Below, piece by piece: positions 17,751 to 28,970 of a DNA stretch of 64,000 nt. Below the pieces are notes generated by a model that was not told the DNA's origin, ran no database searches, and saw only the letters and a list, made by a program, of their open reading frames with translations. Numbering within the stretch: the stretch's first letter is position 1; each line of letters opens with the position of its first letter. Source of the stretch: a virus; IMG/VR virus record IMGVR_UViG_3300020455_000616; one strand, given 5' to 3'. A program made the position numbers and the translations under genes.

Positions 17751-18752
17751 TTAGTTTCCACTAAATCCAAAATCATCACCACCTTCTATTAGTGCATTAT
17801 CAGCAGACGTTATTCCCTTAACATCACTACCACGAACATGTTCAATAGCAGTTGTATTATAAGAAGCACGTTTTACACTTAACTTATTACCAGTAATAGA
17901 TTCAATATACATTGTCTCGTTATTAATATCAATAAATGTTAGTGCTGATAATCCTGCAGGATCATCTACTGGTATAACAGTAGAACTCGCAAGAACATCT
18001 TCTGCTAGATTTGCAATAACATCTCCAGTGTAGTTCTTTGTAGCAACTGGAGTAGCATATGTAATCTGACGACCTGTACCATATGCTGCACTTCTTTCTC
18101 CAGGTGTAATACCAACAGATACTTTTTTGATAAGATCTTTTGGTGCAACTGGAACTGGTCCGAACAGATATGTCTTAGCACTAAAGTTTAACTTATAAAG
18201 AAGAACTCTTCTCTCTGTATAGTCTCCTTCATAATTATCTTCAAAACCAACATTCTCTAAAGTAATCGGTATATCTTTCTTCTCTCCAATACTCTCTACT
18301 AAGTCAATAGTAACTGTATAATTTGGTTGAAAATATGGAAGTATCTGTTCTACAATCTGTAAAGCATCATCATTCAAAAGAGTCATTATATTTAACTCAA
18401 ATGTCATATTGTAAGGAACTGGCATGTAAACCTTACGAACATCTTTTTTATCAGTTTTGATAGAAGTAGTAAATGTTTGAGTAGCACCTAATTTTCTACT
18501 AGTATCATATTCAATACCAGTAAACTCAAAGGACATCCTAGGCAAACTCATAGATACTGGTTTATTCAGTTCTGGTTGCTGTTCGATCCTTGCTAAAAAC
18601 TTTTGTGTTGGCCCATACGCTAAAGGAACCTTAATAATAGCAGATGGATCATTAGGAGCAGCACCATCCCTATGGATAGTGATCCCGTTAAAAAGGGTTC
18701 CAAAAGCAATTACAGTCTTTCTAAAAATTTGATGGTAAAAATGGTCAAACAT
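17751..18752 (-). CDS. gp15: Tail sheath stabilizer/completion protein
   Basis: FYHQIFRKTVIAFGTLFN, KVPLAYGPTQKFLAR, LPRMSFE and EQILPYFQP motifs. Confidence 0.94.
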   Translation of the reverse strand: MFDHFYHQIFRKTVIAFGTLFNGITIHRDGAAPNDPSAIIKVPLAYGPTQKFLARIEQQPELNKPVSMSLPRMSFEFTGIEYDTSRKLGATQTFTTSIKTDKKDVRKVYMPVPYNMTFELNIMTLLNDDALQIVEQILPYFQPNYTVTIDLVESIGEKKDIPITLENVGFEDNYEGDYTERRVLLYKLNFSAKTYLFGPVPVAPKDLIKKVSVGITPGERSAAYGTGRQITYATPVATKNYTGDVIANLAEDVLASSTVIPVDDPAGLSALTFIDINNETMYIESITGNKLSVKRASYNTTAIEHVRGSDVKGITSADNALIEGGDDFGFSGN

Positions 18753-18754
18753 AA

Positions 18755-20164
18755 TTATACATTTCCAAATGGGTTACTTTCGCTAAAATCTAAAAGATTA
18801 TCTGCCTCAGACTCTATCGTAGTGTTCTGAGCAAATCCAGAATCTGGATTATCATCACTATTTAGATCACTTATAGCAAACTTTGTAGAAGTCTCTTGTC
18901 CGACAACATATTCACCTTTTTGGAAGGTTCCAACAATCTGCCCTACTCGTAACTCTCTAGTTACAGCATTCCAAGTCTTAACTTGTGCAGTTGCACTACT
19001 TGCCGTACCAACTATATCTTCTCCTCTATTAAATGAACCAGTTCCTCCAGTCTGTACTGGTGGTGCAATTAATATCTCTGGAACATCAGTATAGTACCCA
19101 CCACAAGATTCGTAAACAAGTGCTGTAACTGAACCTGCAGCAGACACAACAGCATGCACTACCGCTGGTATAGTTGTACTACCAATACCACTATACCCAT
19201 CAGGTGCAAATGCTACCGTTGGTATTCCAATATATCCACCACCACCATTAGTGATGGTAATGATACCACAAACACCGTCAGCAATATTTGCTACACCATA
19301 TGCTCCACTTCCAGTATCAGTCATAAAACCAACTCTAGGTGCAACAGTATATCCAGAACCTGGATTTGTTAGATCAACTGCTTGAACTCTTGATAGATCT
19401 TCATTTGGTTCACAAAAATCTACAAGTCCCGATATCATTGACGCTACACCAACTGCAGTTTGTCCTCCTATAGGAGCAGAAGAGAATGCAACTTGAGGTG
19501 CTTGAGTATATCCAGAACCTCTTCTAGATATCATAATATTGCGTACACCACCATTAACTAAAGTTGTTACAGCAGTTGCTTGTGTTGCTATTCCAGCAAG
19601 AGTAAATGATTGAATATAACCTTCTTCTTCTACGTTATCATCAATAAAGTCTATTCCAGTATCTACCTCTTCGTCGTTGTATATGAAGAGTTCACATCTT
19701 AATTCATAAACATAATTCTTCTTTAATTGATAGAATGGTTTTTCATGTTCAACATACTTAATCTCAAACAATCTATCACCTAATGGGAAGTATATTAAAT
19801 CACCCTCTTTAGGACGAGATGCTAACTTAACTCCCTTTAATGGTTCTATACGTTTTTGTATTTCTTCTTCATATCTCTCTCTAGAGATAATCAATGTTAG
19901 ATCATCTAACTCTTGAACACCGAACTTAGATAGAAGTGTTCCTGCTCCAGAGTATCCATCAAAAGTCTCAACATATCCTTCTATGGGGATAGCATTAGCA
20001 AAGTTTGATCTAGATACCTCTTCCATCACGGATTTTTCATTACCAAAAATTCTTGGTATGTAATAAACTTCCACACCAAACATCTTCAGTTGTTCATTTA
20101 TTAAATCCTGAACAAGATTCTGTTCTCCTTTAGATCCGTGTAGGAAAAATGGGTTAAGTGCCAT
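18755..20164 (-). CDS. gp14: Neck protein with C-terminal GSGY-type beta repeats
   Basis: DLINEQLKMFGVEVYYIPR, RPKEGDLIYFP and FEIKYVEHEKPFYQL motifs. Confidence 0.93.
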   Translation of the reverse strand: MALNPFFLHGSKGEQNLVQDLINEQLKMFGVEVYYIPRIFGNEKSVMEEVSRSNFANAIPIEGYVETFDGYSGAGTLLSKFGVQELDDLTLIISRERYEEEIQKRIEPLKGVKLASRPKEGDLIYFPLGDRLFEIKYVEHEKPFYQLKKNYVYELRCELFIYNDEEVDTGIDFIDDNVEEEGYIQSFTLAGIATQATAVTTLVNGGVRNIMISRRGSGYTQAPQVAFSSAPIGGQTAVGVASMISGLVDFCEPNEDLSRVQAVDLTNPGSGYTVAPRVGFMTDTGSGAYGVANIADGVCGIITITNGGGGYIGIPTVAFAPDGYSGIGSTTIPAVVHAVVSAAGSVTALVYESCGGYYTDVPEILIAPPVQTGGTGSFNRGEDIVGTASSATAQVKTWNAVTRELRVGQIVGTFQKGEYVVGQETSTKFAISDLNSDDNPDSGFAQNTTIESEADNLLDFSESNPFGNV

Positions 20165-20168
20165 GATC

Positions 20169-21023
20169 TTAACCTATCATATCCAACGGTGGCAATTCGT
20201 GAGTAGAAGACATTTTTTCAATAATAGCGTCTATTTCTCTTTGCCCATCGTCTTGTATTTGTCTTCCATTCATCTCAATACCACCTGGTAATTTGACTCC
20301 TTGGAATTTGCTTAAATTTATACCCCATTGCTTCTTGATTAATGCAGTCAAATAAGGTTTTAAAAATCTATCATTCCAAATTTGATCAGAAGTAGCAGGA
20401 TCAAGTGCCCTATAACAATCTAAAATTAAATAGTTACCTGGAACCTGTGTTCTCCAATCAATATCAAGATAAAGTCTATCTTCTCTCTGATTATATCTTA
20501 TTTGTTTTTGAGTTGATAATAACCAATCCAAATCTTCAAGATAACTCTTGGTCATTGAATATGTTAGTAATTCAGTTGATCCCAAATAATAAATGTCATT
20601 TAAAAATAACTGATACTTGATACTGAACATTCCAGCAGAAAGTCCACCACCACCTTCAAATTTAAAAATCTTTGATACACCCATAACTGAGGGTGGGACT
20701 TTTATATAATTACCATTCTCATACCAATTAAAAGTTACATTCCCTTGACCAGGAATATTATCTGTTACAGAAGTAGTAGCAATACCAACTTTACCTCCTT
20801 CATGTGGATACTCAACAGTACCCCTATCAATATCTTCTTGAGTTATTTTATACTTCAAGAATGCTTGAGTAGTACCATCAAAATGACGTTCATGGAATAA
20901 TTGAATAGCATCATCTACCAGATCGTCGATCTGTTCTTCTGCAACGTTGATTTCCAATACAGGAGAACCAAGTTGTCTCCTACAATAATCTATTAATCCT
21001 TGACGACTGGTTGGTTTGGCCAT
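20169..21023 (-). CDS. gp13: Neck protein
   Basis: LIDYCRRQLGSPVLEINV and KKQWGINLSKFQGVKLPGGIEMNG motifs. Confidence 0.94.
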   Translation of the reverse strand: MAKPTSRQGLIDYCRRQLGSPVLEINVAEEQIDDLVDDAIQLFHERHFDGTTQAFLKYKITQEDIDRGTVEYPHEGGKVGIATTSVTDNIPGQGNVTFNWYENGNYIKVPPSVMGVSKIFKFEGGGGLSAGMFSIKYQLFLNDIYYLGSTELLTYSMTKSYLEDLDWLLSTQKQIRYNQREDRLYLDIDWRTQVPGNYLILDCYRALDPATSDQIWNDRFLKPYLTALIKKQWGINLSKFQGVKLPGGIEMNGRQIQDDGQREIDAIIEKMSSTHELPPLDMIG

Positions 21024-21024
21024 T

Positions 21025-21255
21025 TTACTTATCTAACAATTGTCCTAACATAGATTTTATATCACTTAGATCAGACTTAAGCCCTTGAATATCTTGTTCA
21101 AGGGTTTGTACTTTGTCTATCTCTTTTGATTTTGCTCTCTTTAGGGCAAGGTATTGTTCATGTCCTTTTTTATCGTTATTGATAATGGCATTGGTCTTAG
21201 TATCCCTTACGAGATAACTATGACCTTCAACCTTTAAAAAACGTGGATTGTACAT
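21025..21255 (-). CDS. Hypothetical protein with C-terminal coiled coil
   Basis: 76 aa, LVRDTKTNAIIN motif, tightly packed between the VrlC-like gene and gp13. Confidence 0.75.
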   Translation of the reverse strand: MYNPRFLKVEGHSYLVRDTKTNAIINNDKKGHEQYLALKRAKSKEIDKVQTLEQDIQGLKSDLSDIKSMLGQLLDK

Positions 21256-21257
21256 AA

Positions 21258-24200
21258 TTACGCTAATGCAATTGCCCTTAAGTCACGTATCCTTGGTGGA
21301 TATGCTTGATCTGTTCCAGTTCCAACAATCTTAATACTGAAGTATCTAAACTCAGGAAGATCGTCAACACTAAATTCATAATCTGTGAACGGAAGATCAT
21401 CACTACCATGAGCAAGAACATCCGTCTTAGGAATTTTCTTATCAGGTAGTCCACTGTTCTTAGCAATATCTTTGATTGCACCATTGACATCCAAATTATC
21501 ATATCCAGGGAATGGATAGTAAATTGGGTCTGATTCTAAATCATTTGATATTGAATAGAAGCATCTCAGATCACTAGAAGTATTAGTATATGCTGCCATC
21601 AAGACTTTAATCGAAGTAGCAGAATTTTCTAGTGTAATTGGTTTATTAGCATAGATGAACGCTGTTGGATCTTCTACGATTGTCGATGCTCTAGAATCAC
21701 CAGCATAATCGGTAATTGGAGCATTAACTCTGTTACTAATAAGAACCATACCAACTCTATCCAAGTCAATGACTGGAGAGATATCGCTATCTGAGGAAGA
21801 TAATGTAAATGTTACTTCCATAGACTTGTTACCAGGACGACTGTCTAAACGCTCAAGTTCATTGACTCGTGAGGCAATCATTCTAGGTGCATCAAGGTAA
21901 GTATCTTCTTCAATATTGATTGGAGTTGCTTCAGTCTCAACAAAGGACTGTTCAATACCATCAATACTTGTGGCAGTAGTATTCTTCATCTCTGCCTTAA
22001 TATTAGTATCTGGTAGAACCATTGTTTGAACAACAGGTCTTATTGCTTCAAACTGGATGTTTTGAGTTGCATGCATCTCTTCACCACCAGCAGACTTGGA
22101 TTCATTGATAAACAATTTAGGGAACCCAATTCCAGTACTACGATCTGTTCCATCAAGAGATGGGTTGATCTTAATGAAGTAAGAATCAAGAGTAATAGAT
22201 CTTGCAGGAGTAGCATCTTGAAGATCATGTGTCTTGTTGATACGTCTTAAGGATATTCCATTAATCTCATACTTCTCAACTGGTGTTTTAGATGGATAAG
22301 TAAACGGAGTTGTTTGATCAATAGATCTAGTAATTCCTGTTAACTGACCAGCAGCAATTCCAGTGTAGGAGATGATTTCATCATTAACCCTAATATAGCC
22401 AGGGTTAGTAGCAGCAACACCAACATTCTCAAAGGATTCAAATCCTGAAGTATTAGCAATACCAATAGCAGCAGAACTAGAATTTGAGTACTCTGCGGAC
22501 AGAGTAGTTATTTTAGTATCAGACTGTACATCAGCAATAATAACTTTGTTAGTGTCTTGATGCATACCGTGGTTCTTATGGTTCACTTTAATATGCATAC
22601 CATCTTCTTCTAAAGTACTTAGTGCATAATCACTAATGTTTACATCAGAACCAAATCCAACGGATACCATAGTGGTAATTCCCGTAGAAGGACTAACATA
22701 TTGAAGTGGTTTTGTACTACTAATTTCAAAGTCACCTTGAATATCATCTAGAATTAATTCATTAATTCCAGTAACTGCACCTAATGATAGTTGCATGTTT
22801 CTACCCAACTGATCATTACCAATTGTAGGTATTGATAGAACATCACCAACTTGATATCCAGATCCACCAGCATTAATGGTTGCAGCAATAGCAACACCAT
22901 TTACACCGTTAGATGTACCAACTGTAATGTCTGCAGTTGCATTCTTACCATTTCCACTAAAGGAGTCTAAAGATACACCAGTAAAGGTAAACTGAGAACC
23001 ATTAGTAGGTGTGTATCCAATACCAGCATTAATAATACTTAGATCACCAGTTGCAGAACCACCAGCACCAACATAATTTGCAGATGCATTAGCATTTTTC
23101 TGAATAACTGTATTTCCAAGAACTAAACCACTTGTGTTTACAAGATCATCTGTTGTTACAATAAGTTTCTTAGAATTAAATTCTAGAGAATCTTTAACCA
23201 AAGTAGCAATTTGGTTATTACCTTTTGCTAGTTCTGGGTTGTAGAATGATATTGTTCCAGAGTTTGAAGTAAAGTCAGCATGGTAAAGACTAAACTTAAG
23301 ATCTTCATACTGACTTGGGTTCCATGTTGAACCATTCTGCGACTTGAATAGAGATCCAAGACTTGGTTGTGCGGATACAACAACCTGTCTAGATTCTGGT
23401 TGCAGAAGAGTTGTAATGTCAACTTCACCCATTCTGGAGATCCAAACTGTATATTCGTTAGACTGTGATAGTAAAACGATACAATGGTCTGTCTTAGGTT
23501 CTAAGTAAACAGGTGATGGGAACTTAACCGTAGTAGGTGTTCCAGCATCTGCTGACTCAAAAATGTCTTTTGCCTCTACAATTGTTTCACCAAAAGGATA
23601 AACCTCTTCTGAAGGAACACCAGCAACCATCGGTCTCAACTGTACCGTTACAGGTAGCAGTGGATCTTTTGTTCTAAAGAAGATGTCTACTTGAGTTACA
23701 AAGAATCCAGCATCATTTTGAACAGAGAATGACTGTGCAAGAGGATCTTTACCGCCCCTTGCTGGTCTCCTAGGAGGCGTTGGGGGTGGTGTTGGGATTG
23801 GGGGTGGTGGAGGTGGAGGAGGGGGTGGTACTGGCCTAGGTGGTCTAGGTGGTGGAACCGTAATTATTAGTATCGGTGGTCTAGGTCTAGGTGGTGGCTG
23901 TACTGGTGGCCTTGGTGGTGGCGTAGGGGGTGGTGGGGGAGGTGGAGGTGGAGGTGGTAATGGTACTCTCGTTGTCTCATTACTTGTACTTACTGATTGT
24001 GTAGATGTAACATCTGTAGCAGCACGAGTTTCAGAAGCATTTTGTACATCAAACCTAGGTCTTCTAGTAGATCTGATAGTCTCCTGCATATTATTAATTG
24101 TACCTTGAGCAAAGTATGACTCTTCACCAAATGTTCCAGTCATTCCACCAATAGTACTATTAGTAGCATTACTTGTTAATCTGAATAACTTAGTTCCAAC

Positions 24201-27200
24201 TTCAAATGATGGGTTAGAAGTAATATTTGGATTAGGAATGAAGAATGATCCAAGAACTGTTCCTACATGATCACTGAATAATCTTATATTAGTAATTTCT
24301 GCTTCACCAGTAGCACTTCTAAGTCTCATTCCTGCTCTTATAAAACCACTATAAAGACCCTGTGTTTGGTCTGCTAGTGATACTGTATCTACGTTAACAA
24401 GAACTGAAGAACTTGAATAAGTTGCAGGAACTGTATATGACTCATCATAAGGACTTGTTGTAAACACGTCAGTTGGTGAAGCAATTGGTCCTAACTTATG
24501 GTTAGATGTTGCTACTCTAAATGATACTCTAGGAGTTGCTGCATTAGTTGCTGTAACTGTACCTGCAGCCATTGTTCCGTTAACAAGTTGACCAATAGTA
24601 AATGTACCACTAATCATCTTAACTTCGATTAATTTTGGTACAACAAATGCATTTACATCTTGACCATCAAAGAATCCATAAAGTCTTGTTAATGGTTTGA
24701 ACTTACGTCCTGTAAATTCTATGTTTCTAGACCTCATAAATGCGATGACTGAGGTACTTACTACCTTGTCTCCTTCATTTACAGTATCTGTTTGCTCACT
24801 AATTCTAAGTCTTTCACCTGCTCTGGTTGATGTACCAGTTCTAGTAGTAGTTGTAGTAGTTGTAGTCTGGAATGAGTTTGTAGTTACAATCTGACTTCCA
24901 TTATTTCTAGAATTAGATCCTGTTTGTATTCTATTAGAAGTGTTAGTAGAACTAGATCCAGTCCATGTAGTATTCCATGTACCCCATCTAACAGGTCCTA
25001 AACCAGTTTGTGGATCATATCCATCAAATTCTAACTGTCTACGGGTTTGAGTATAGTTGTCAACTTCAATTCTTTGTGGTTGAAGTCTAACTTGGTCTAT
25101 CCATATATCAGATGATGGGAATAGTACAATGTTACCTGTGTAAGTAGTTACAAGATAAGGAGTAACATTCTCAACTCTAGTAGCAAATCCCTGTACAATT
25201 CTTGGTGCATCTTGGTAATCTAGGGTTAATAATTGACCAGTTCTCTTAATACCATTTCCTATTAAGTCAGTAACAAATCTAGGATCAGCAGTTGCTGAAG
25301 CAGTTGTTCCTATACCAATTAAAGATCTAGAACCAAGCAATAAATCAACTTCAGTTGTATAGTGTGTTGGTCTTAATTCAAGATTTGATGGGTCAACACT
25401 ATTAGTTACCTTACCAAGTTTTAATTGAGTTGCAGTTCCTGAGAAGTTATCAACGTAAATACCAGATTTAAATCGTGTTAAACCAGCATTATCAGGAATA
25501 AACAGACTCTCAGTATTAGACTCTAGAAGAGAGAGTGCAGTATAGTACTCTAAGTTCTGGATTCTATCTTCCAATAATGCAATATCTTGCATCCTATATC
25601 TCTTATGAGACTTAAGTAATACTTCTATGTTCTCAGTATTACAAATATATGGAGGTAATTTACATAAAGCAACTTCCAATGCATCCTCAATGGGAATAGG
25701 TGGAACTGGTGTATCAGCAGGAATACCTTTAATTAGTTGGAATTGACCATTCTTAGTTAAATATATTCTATCAATTCTTGGTTGATAGTATGAATATTGA
25801 ATATTAATTGACTCATCAGATGCTAAAATATTCTTAGCGGAGTTTGTAGCATCAGAAAATACTCTTGCATTAAATTCAAATGGAGATACCGCAGTTGAAT
25901 TTAAATCAAAATTAGTTACTCTTGGTCTAATATCAATAATATCACTTAATCTTGTACCTTCTTTGACATCAGGTAATACACAATAATCAATTTGATCATA
26001 TGATGAAACTGTTGTTATATCACCATCATCAGTAGATGCATATTCTGCAGATTCAAAAATAACTCTTAATTTTTTCCTAGGATCTTTAGAATTAGGTTTT
26101 CTAATAAGACGAGCATAGTCACAAATAGTTTCTCTTTGTCCACTATCTAAACTAAATCTATCCATAATATTATTGTCACCAGGATCAAAATCATTAATAG
26201 TAGCAACTATACCACTCTCAACAAATTCAATTTGCTCATTTAATTCAAATCTTAAATCACTTAAGTATACAAATGCTGCTTTGGCACTGTTAATTCTTTC
26301 AATATAAAGACCTATTGCACCTGTTGTTTTACCAACAAATTCTTCACCAGCAATTAAGTCATCAACACGTCCAGTTGGACCATTCATGTTGAATACAGTA
26401 ACAGATGGAATTAATGGATCTGCAATACCACCAGACTCAAATACACCATAAACTTTAGTTACATCTGGTTCTCCAAGACAAATATCAGTATCCTGAACTC
26501 TTAAACCATAACCATAATTACCATAAGTTAATCCATCATTTAATGAGGTTGTACCAACACCAGAAGTTACTAATTTAGACTTATTAACAATAATTGAGTT
26601 AGTTCTTATTCTATTTTTAACTTTATTCTTAATATTAATTTTATTAAGAGTAGCAACTAATCTTGCAGATCCTGCAGTAGCAGATAATCCAAATATTCTT
26701 AATTCTCTACCACCATTTGTAAAACGTAATTTATCTGGTGTTAATTCTTCAGTAACACCTGCATCATTAGTTAAAACATATCTTTCTTCATCATATGCTA
26801 AGAATGTTTCATTCTGTCCTGCTTGTATAGTATTAGTAGCATTAGCAGTAATAGTTACATCATATTCTTTTCTAATTGTTATATTAGACTCTGTTAAATC
26901 AACATTAGCAATCCATGATTTAGGTAGTGGTGTGTAGAGACTATTATCTGTAGATGATTGGAACTTAGATCCAATTAATTCAAAATCAACTGGTTGAGCT
27001 GCTGCAGCAGGAAGACCACCATCACAAACACCTGCAACTGTAGTTATACCTGCAATAATAATATTATTATCATCAGTATAACTATCAACTACAGCAAATG
27101 TTCTAACTGTTGTTCCACCTAATAAAGGATTAGTAAATGATACTAAATCACCTGCTTTTACTTTATTCCTAAAACCACCATTAGGAACTGTAACTGTTGA

Positions 27201-28952
27201 TATTCCAGGTGCTGTTCCAGACTTAGGAGTAATGTTTACATTACCGTAAGCAATCTTTGTAAATGGTTTAACATCAGCATTAAATGTACCAACACCAACT
27301 GAACTATGAATAGACTCAACTGCACCTATAGAATGTGCTGTTATTGCTGTTGCAATTCTATTATTATCTACACCATTAAAGATTAATTTTTCACCTGGTG
27401 TAAATGTTCCACTTGAGTTATATGCAGTTATAATCCCAGTAGTAGTCCCAAACCTTAAGTGTGCTGTTGAACCACTAGACTTACCTTTAATAAAAGTAGG
27501 TACAGTTAAAGTTACTGCTTGGTTTACTGTTATCTCAGTATATGGTTGAATATCATAAAGTGTTACATCAAACTCATTAGTTGCTGGAAGTGCTGAAGAA
27601 TATGATCCAGACTCTAATGCATAGTCATATACTCTAGCAACACCAATCTCTTTACCTGATGCAACATGATTATCAGCACCAATTCTAGAGTCTCTAAGAC
27701 TAATACTAGAAGTTGTTGTAAATCCTATTCTAGGACAACCATATGCTCTATTAACAGTTAGAGTTGGTCCTGTATAGTAGTTTACTGCTTGATTTTTTAA
27801 TACCTTTTTGACTCTTGTCTTCTCAAAATCTAGATATACAACATTTCTTACAGGAACTTCAAATCCTTTAATAAATGCTTTACCTGGAGATATTTTATAT
27901 GTACCTAAATCTGGACTTGGTGTGCTATTACCATAAGTTAATTGATTTATACCAAATACACCATTATTACCCTTGTTGTCATTTAATGACTCTTTTGCAG
28001 AAATTGTAAATGGTTTTACATAAAAATCACCAGCATGACTATATGTTCTTCTTGCTAATTCATTTCCAAGTTCATTATACTTAATCTTATCATCAATATG
28101 AGATACTGAACCTCCATTGATAACCATCAACTCAACAAAGTTCTCATTCTTGTCAGACTCTAAAGGTCTCTTACCTAATTTTACACTAATCTTTAATCTA
28201 TCTGCACCAGGAGCAGCAAAGTTATTAAATCCTTTAGCATTATCAGTTAAAGACTGATCTTTACTTGAAGTAATTATCTCTTCTGTAATCTCTAAACCAA
28301 CTCTATATGTTGGATTCTCATCATGAGGATCAAGAACCAACATTTCATCTTCGACTCTTACAAACTGTCCTCTTATAAAATATACACCCTCAGATATGAA
28401 TACTGCAGATCCAATTGATGTAGAATTAGTAGGAGCAGTTTTAGCACAACCTTGTCCTGCCTGTAAGGTTATCTGTGCTACTTCAGCTACTACATTTTCT
28501 TTAAGTAGTAAAGTCTCATTATCATCAAAAACATCTTTATCATTAATACCAGACCCAAGATAACTTATGAATAAAGTGACATATCCTCTTGGAGAGAAAA
28601 ATGGCTCCATATAATCTATAATCTTGGCTTTTACACCAGAATTAGATCCACTAACTACCTCATTTATTAAATTACTACAATAGTCTAATACGTTTGTACC
28701 TAAAAAACTCTCTTCAACTTCAACAGCAAACAAGTTGTTGTTATAGTTTATTTGACCTGGAATAACACAAGATCCTTCCTTAAACAGGTGAGTTCCTACT
28801 TGCTCTACCTGATTTTGAAGGATCGACTGTAATGTTGTTAATTCCCTAGCCTGAATTGGCAATCCTGGCTTGAATAATACCTTATGGAAATTCTTCTCTG
28901 CATCAAAATCGTCAAAATAAGGCGATACATTGAGATTAGTTTCTTGTGCCAT
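21258..28952 (-). CDS. Large structural baseplate/tail protein, VrlC-like (DUF4815-type)
   Basis: NLNVSPYFDDFD...FKPGLPIQARELTTLQSILQNQ N-terminus, APGADRLKI, RFKSGIYVDNF and DPLAQSF motifs. Confidence 0.85.
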   Translation of the reverse strand: MAQETNLNVSPYFDDFDAEKNFHKVLFKPGLPIQARELTTLQSILQNQVEQVGTHLFKEGSCVIPGQINYNNNLFAVEVEESFLGTNVLDYCSNLINEVVSGSNSGVKAKIIDYMEPFFSPRGYVTLFISYLGSGINDKDVFDDNETLLLKENVVAEVAQITLQAGQGCAKTAPTNSTSIGSAVFISEGVYFIRGQFVRVEDEMLVLDPHDENPTYRVGLEITEEIITSSKDQSLTDNAKGFNNFAAPGADRLKISVKLGKRPLESDKNENFVELMVINGGSVSHIDDKIKYNELGNELARRTYSHAGDFYVKPFTISAKESLNDNKGNNGVFGINQLTYGNSTPSPDLGTYKISPGKAFIKGFEVPVRNVVYLDFEKTRVKKVLKNQAVNYYTGPTLTVNRAYGCPRIGFTTTSSISLRDSRIGADNHVASGKEIGVARVYDYALESGSYSSALPATNEFDVTLYDIQPYTEITVNQAVTLTVPTFIKGKSSGSTAHLRFGTTTGIITAYNSSGTFTPGEKLIFNGVDNNRIATAITAHSIGAVESIHSSVGVGTFNADVKPFTKIAYGNVNITPKSGTAPGISTVTVPNGGFRNKVKAGDLVSFTNPLLGGTTVRTFAVVDSYTDDNNIIIAGITTVAGVCDGGLPAAAAQPVDFELIGSKFQSSTDNSLYTPLPKSWIANVDLTESNITIRKEYDVTITANATNTIQAGQNETFLAYDEERYVLTNDAGVTEELTPDKLRFTNGGRELRIFGLSATAGSARLVATLNKINIKNKVKNRIRTNSIIVNKSKLVTSGVGTTSLNDGLTYGNYGYGLRVQDTDICLGEPDVTKVYGVFESGGIADPLIPSVTVFNMNGPTGRVDDLIAGEEFVGKTTGAIGLYIERINSAKAAFVYLSDLRFELNEQIEFVESGIVATINDFDPGDNNIMDRFSLDSGQRETICDYARLIRKPNSKDPRKKLRVIFESAEYASTDDGDITTVSSYDQIDYCVLPDVKEGTRLSDIIDIRPRVTNFDLNSTAVSPFEFNARVFSDATNSAKNILASDESINIQYSYYQPRIDRIYLTKNGQFQLIKGIPADTPVPPIPIEDALEVALCKLPPYICNTENIEVLLKSHKRYRMQDIALLEDRIQNLEYYTALSLLESNTESLFIPDNAGLTRFKSGIYVDNFSGTATQLKLGKVTNSVDPSNLELRPTHYTTEVDLLLGSRSLIGIGTTASATADPRFVTDLIGNGIKRTGQLLTLDYQDAPRIVQGFATRVENVTPYLVTTYTGNIVLFPSSDIWIDQVRLQPQRIEVDNYTQTRRQLEFDGYDPQTGLGPVRWGTWNTTWTGSSSTNTSNRIQTGSNSRNNGSQIVTTNSFQTTTTTTTTRTGTSTRAGERLRISEQTDTVNEGDKVVSTSVIAFMRSRNIEFTGRKFKPLTRLYGFFDGQDVNAFVVPKLIEVKMISGTFTIGQLVNGTMAAGTVTATNAATPRVSFRVATSNHKLGPIASPTDVFTTSPYDESYTVPATYSSSSVLVNVDTVSLADQTQGLYSGFIRAGMRLRSATGEAEITNIRLFSDHVGTVLGSFFIPNPNITSNPSFEVGTKLFRLTSNATNSTIGGMTGTFGEESYFAQGTINNMQETIRSTRRPRFDVQNASETRAATDVTSTQSVSTSNETTRVPLPPPPPPPPPPPTPPPRPPVQPPPRPRPPILIITVPPPRPPRPVPPPPPPPPPPIPTPPPTPPRRPARGGKDPLAQSFSVQNDAGFFVTQVDIFFRTKDPLLPVTVQLRPMVAGVPSEEVYPFGETIVEAKDIFESADAGTPTTVKFPSPVYLEPKTDHCIVLLSQSNEYTVWISRMGEVDITTLLQPESRQVVVSAQPSLGSLFKSQNGSTWNPSQYEDLKFSLYHADFTSNSGTISFYNPELAKGNNQIATLVKDSLEFNSKKLIVTTDDLVNTSGLVLGNTVIQKNANASANYVGAGGSATGDLSIINAGIGYTPTNGSQFTFTGVSLDSFSGNGKNATADITVGTSNGVNGVAIAATINAGGSGYQVGDVLSIPTIGNDQLGRNMQLSLGAVTGINELILDDIQGDFEISSTKPLQYVSPSTGITTMVSVGFGSDVNISDYALSTLEEDGMHIKVNHKNHGMHQDTNKVIIADVQSDTKITTLSAEYSNSSSAAIGIANTSGFESFENVGVAATNPGYIRVNDEIISYTGIAAGQLTGITRSIDQTTPFTYPSKTPVEKYEINGISLRRINKTHDLQDATPARSITLDSYFIKINPSLDGTDRSTGIGFPKLFINESKSAGGEEMHATQNIQFEAIRPVVQTMVLPDTNIKAEMKNTTATSIDGIEQSFVETEATPINIEEDTYLDAPRMIASRVNELERLDSRPGNKSMEVTFTLSSSDSDISPVIDLDRVGMVLISNRVNAPITDYAGDSRASTIVEDPTAFIYANKPITLENSATSIKVLMAAYTNTSSDLRCFYSISNDLESDPIYYPFPGYDNLDVNGAIKDIAKNSGLPDKKIPKTDVLAHGSDDLPFTDYEFSVDDLPEFRYFSIKIVGTGTDQAYPPRIRDLRAIALA
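23755..23965 (-). repeat. Polyproline low-complexity segment within the VrlC-like protein
   Basis: Runs of 11 and 10 consecutive Pro codons plus PR/PT repeats, using mixed CCN codons. Confidence 0.9.
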
Positions 28953-28970
28953 ATCTTTTAAATGATTCCC

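Noticed and set aside
18755-19620. Extended gp14 C-terminus as a novelty
   Set aside because: Long gp14 proteins with such repeats are, to my knowledge, usual in cyanomyoviruses.
23755-23965. Polyproline tract as a sequencing artefact
   Set aside because: The frame is preserved and codons are mixed CCA/CCT/CCC, not a homopolymer.
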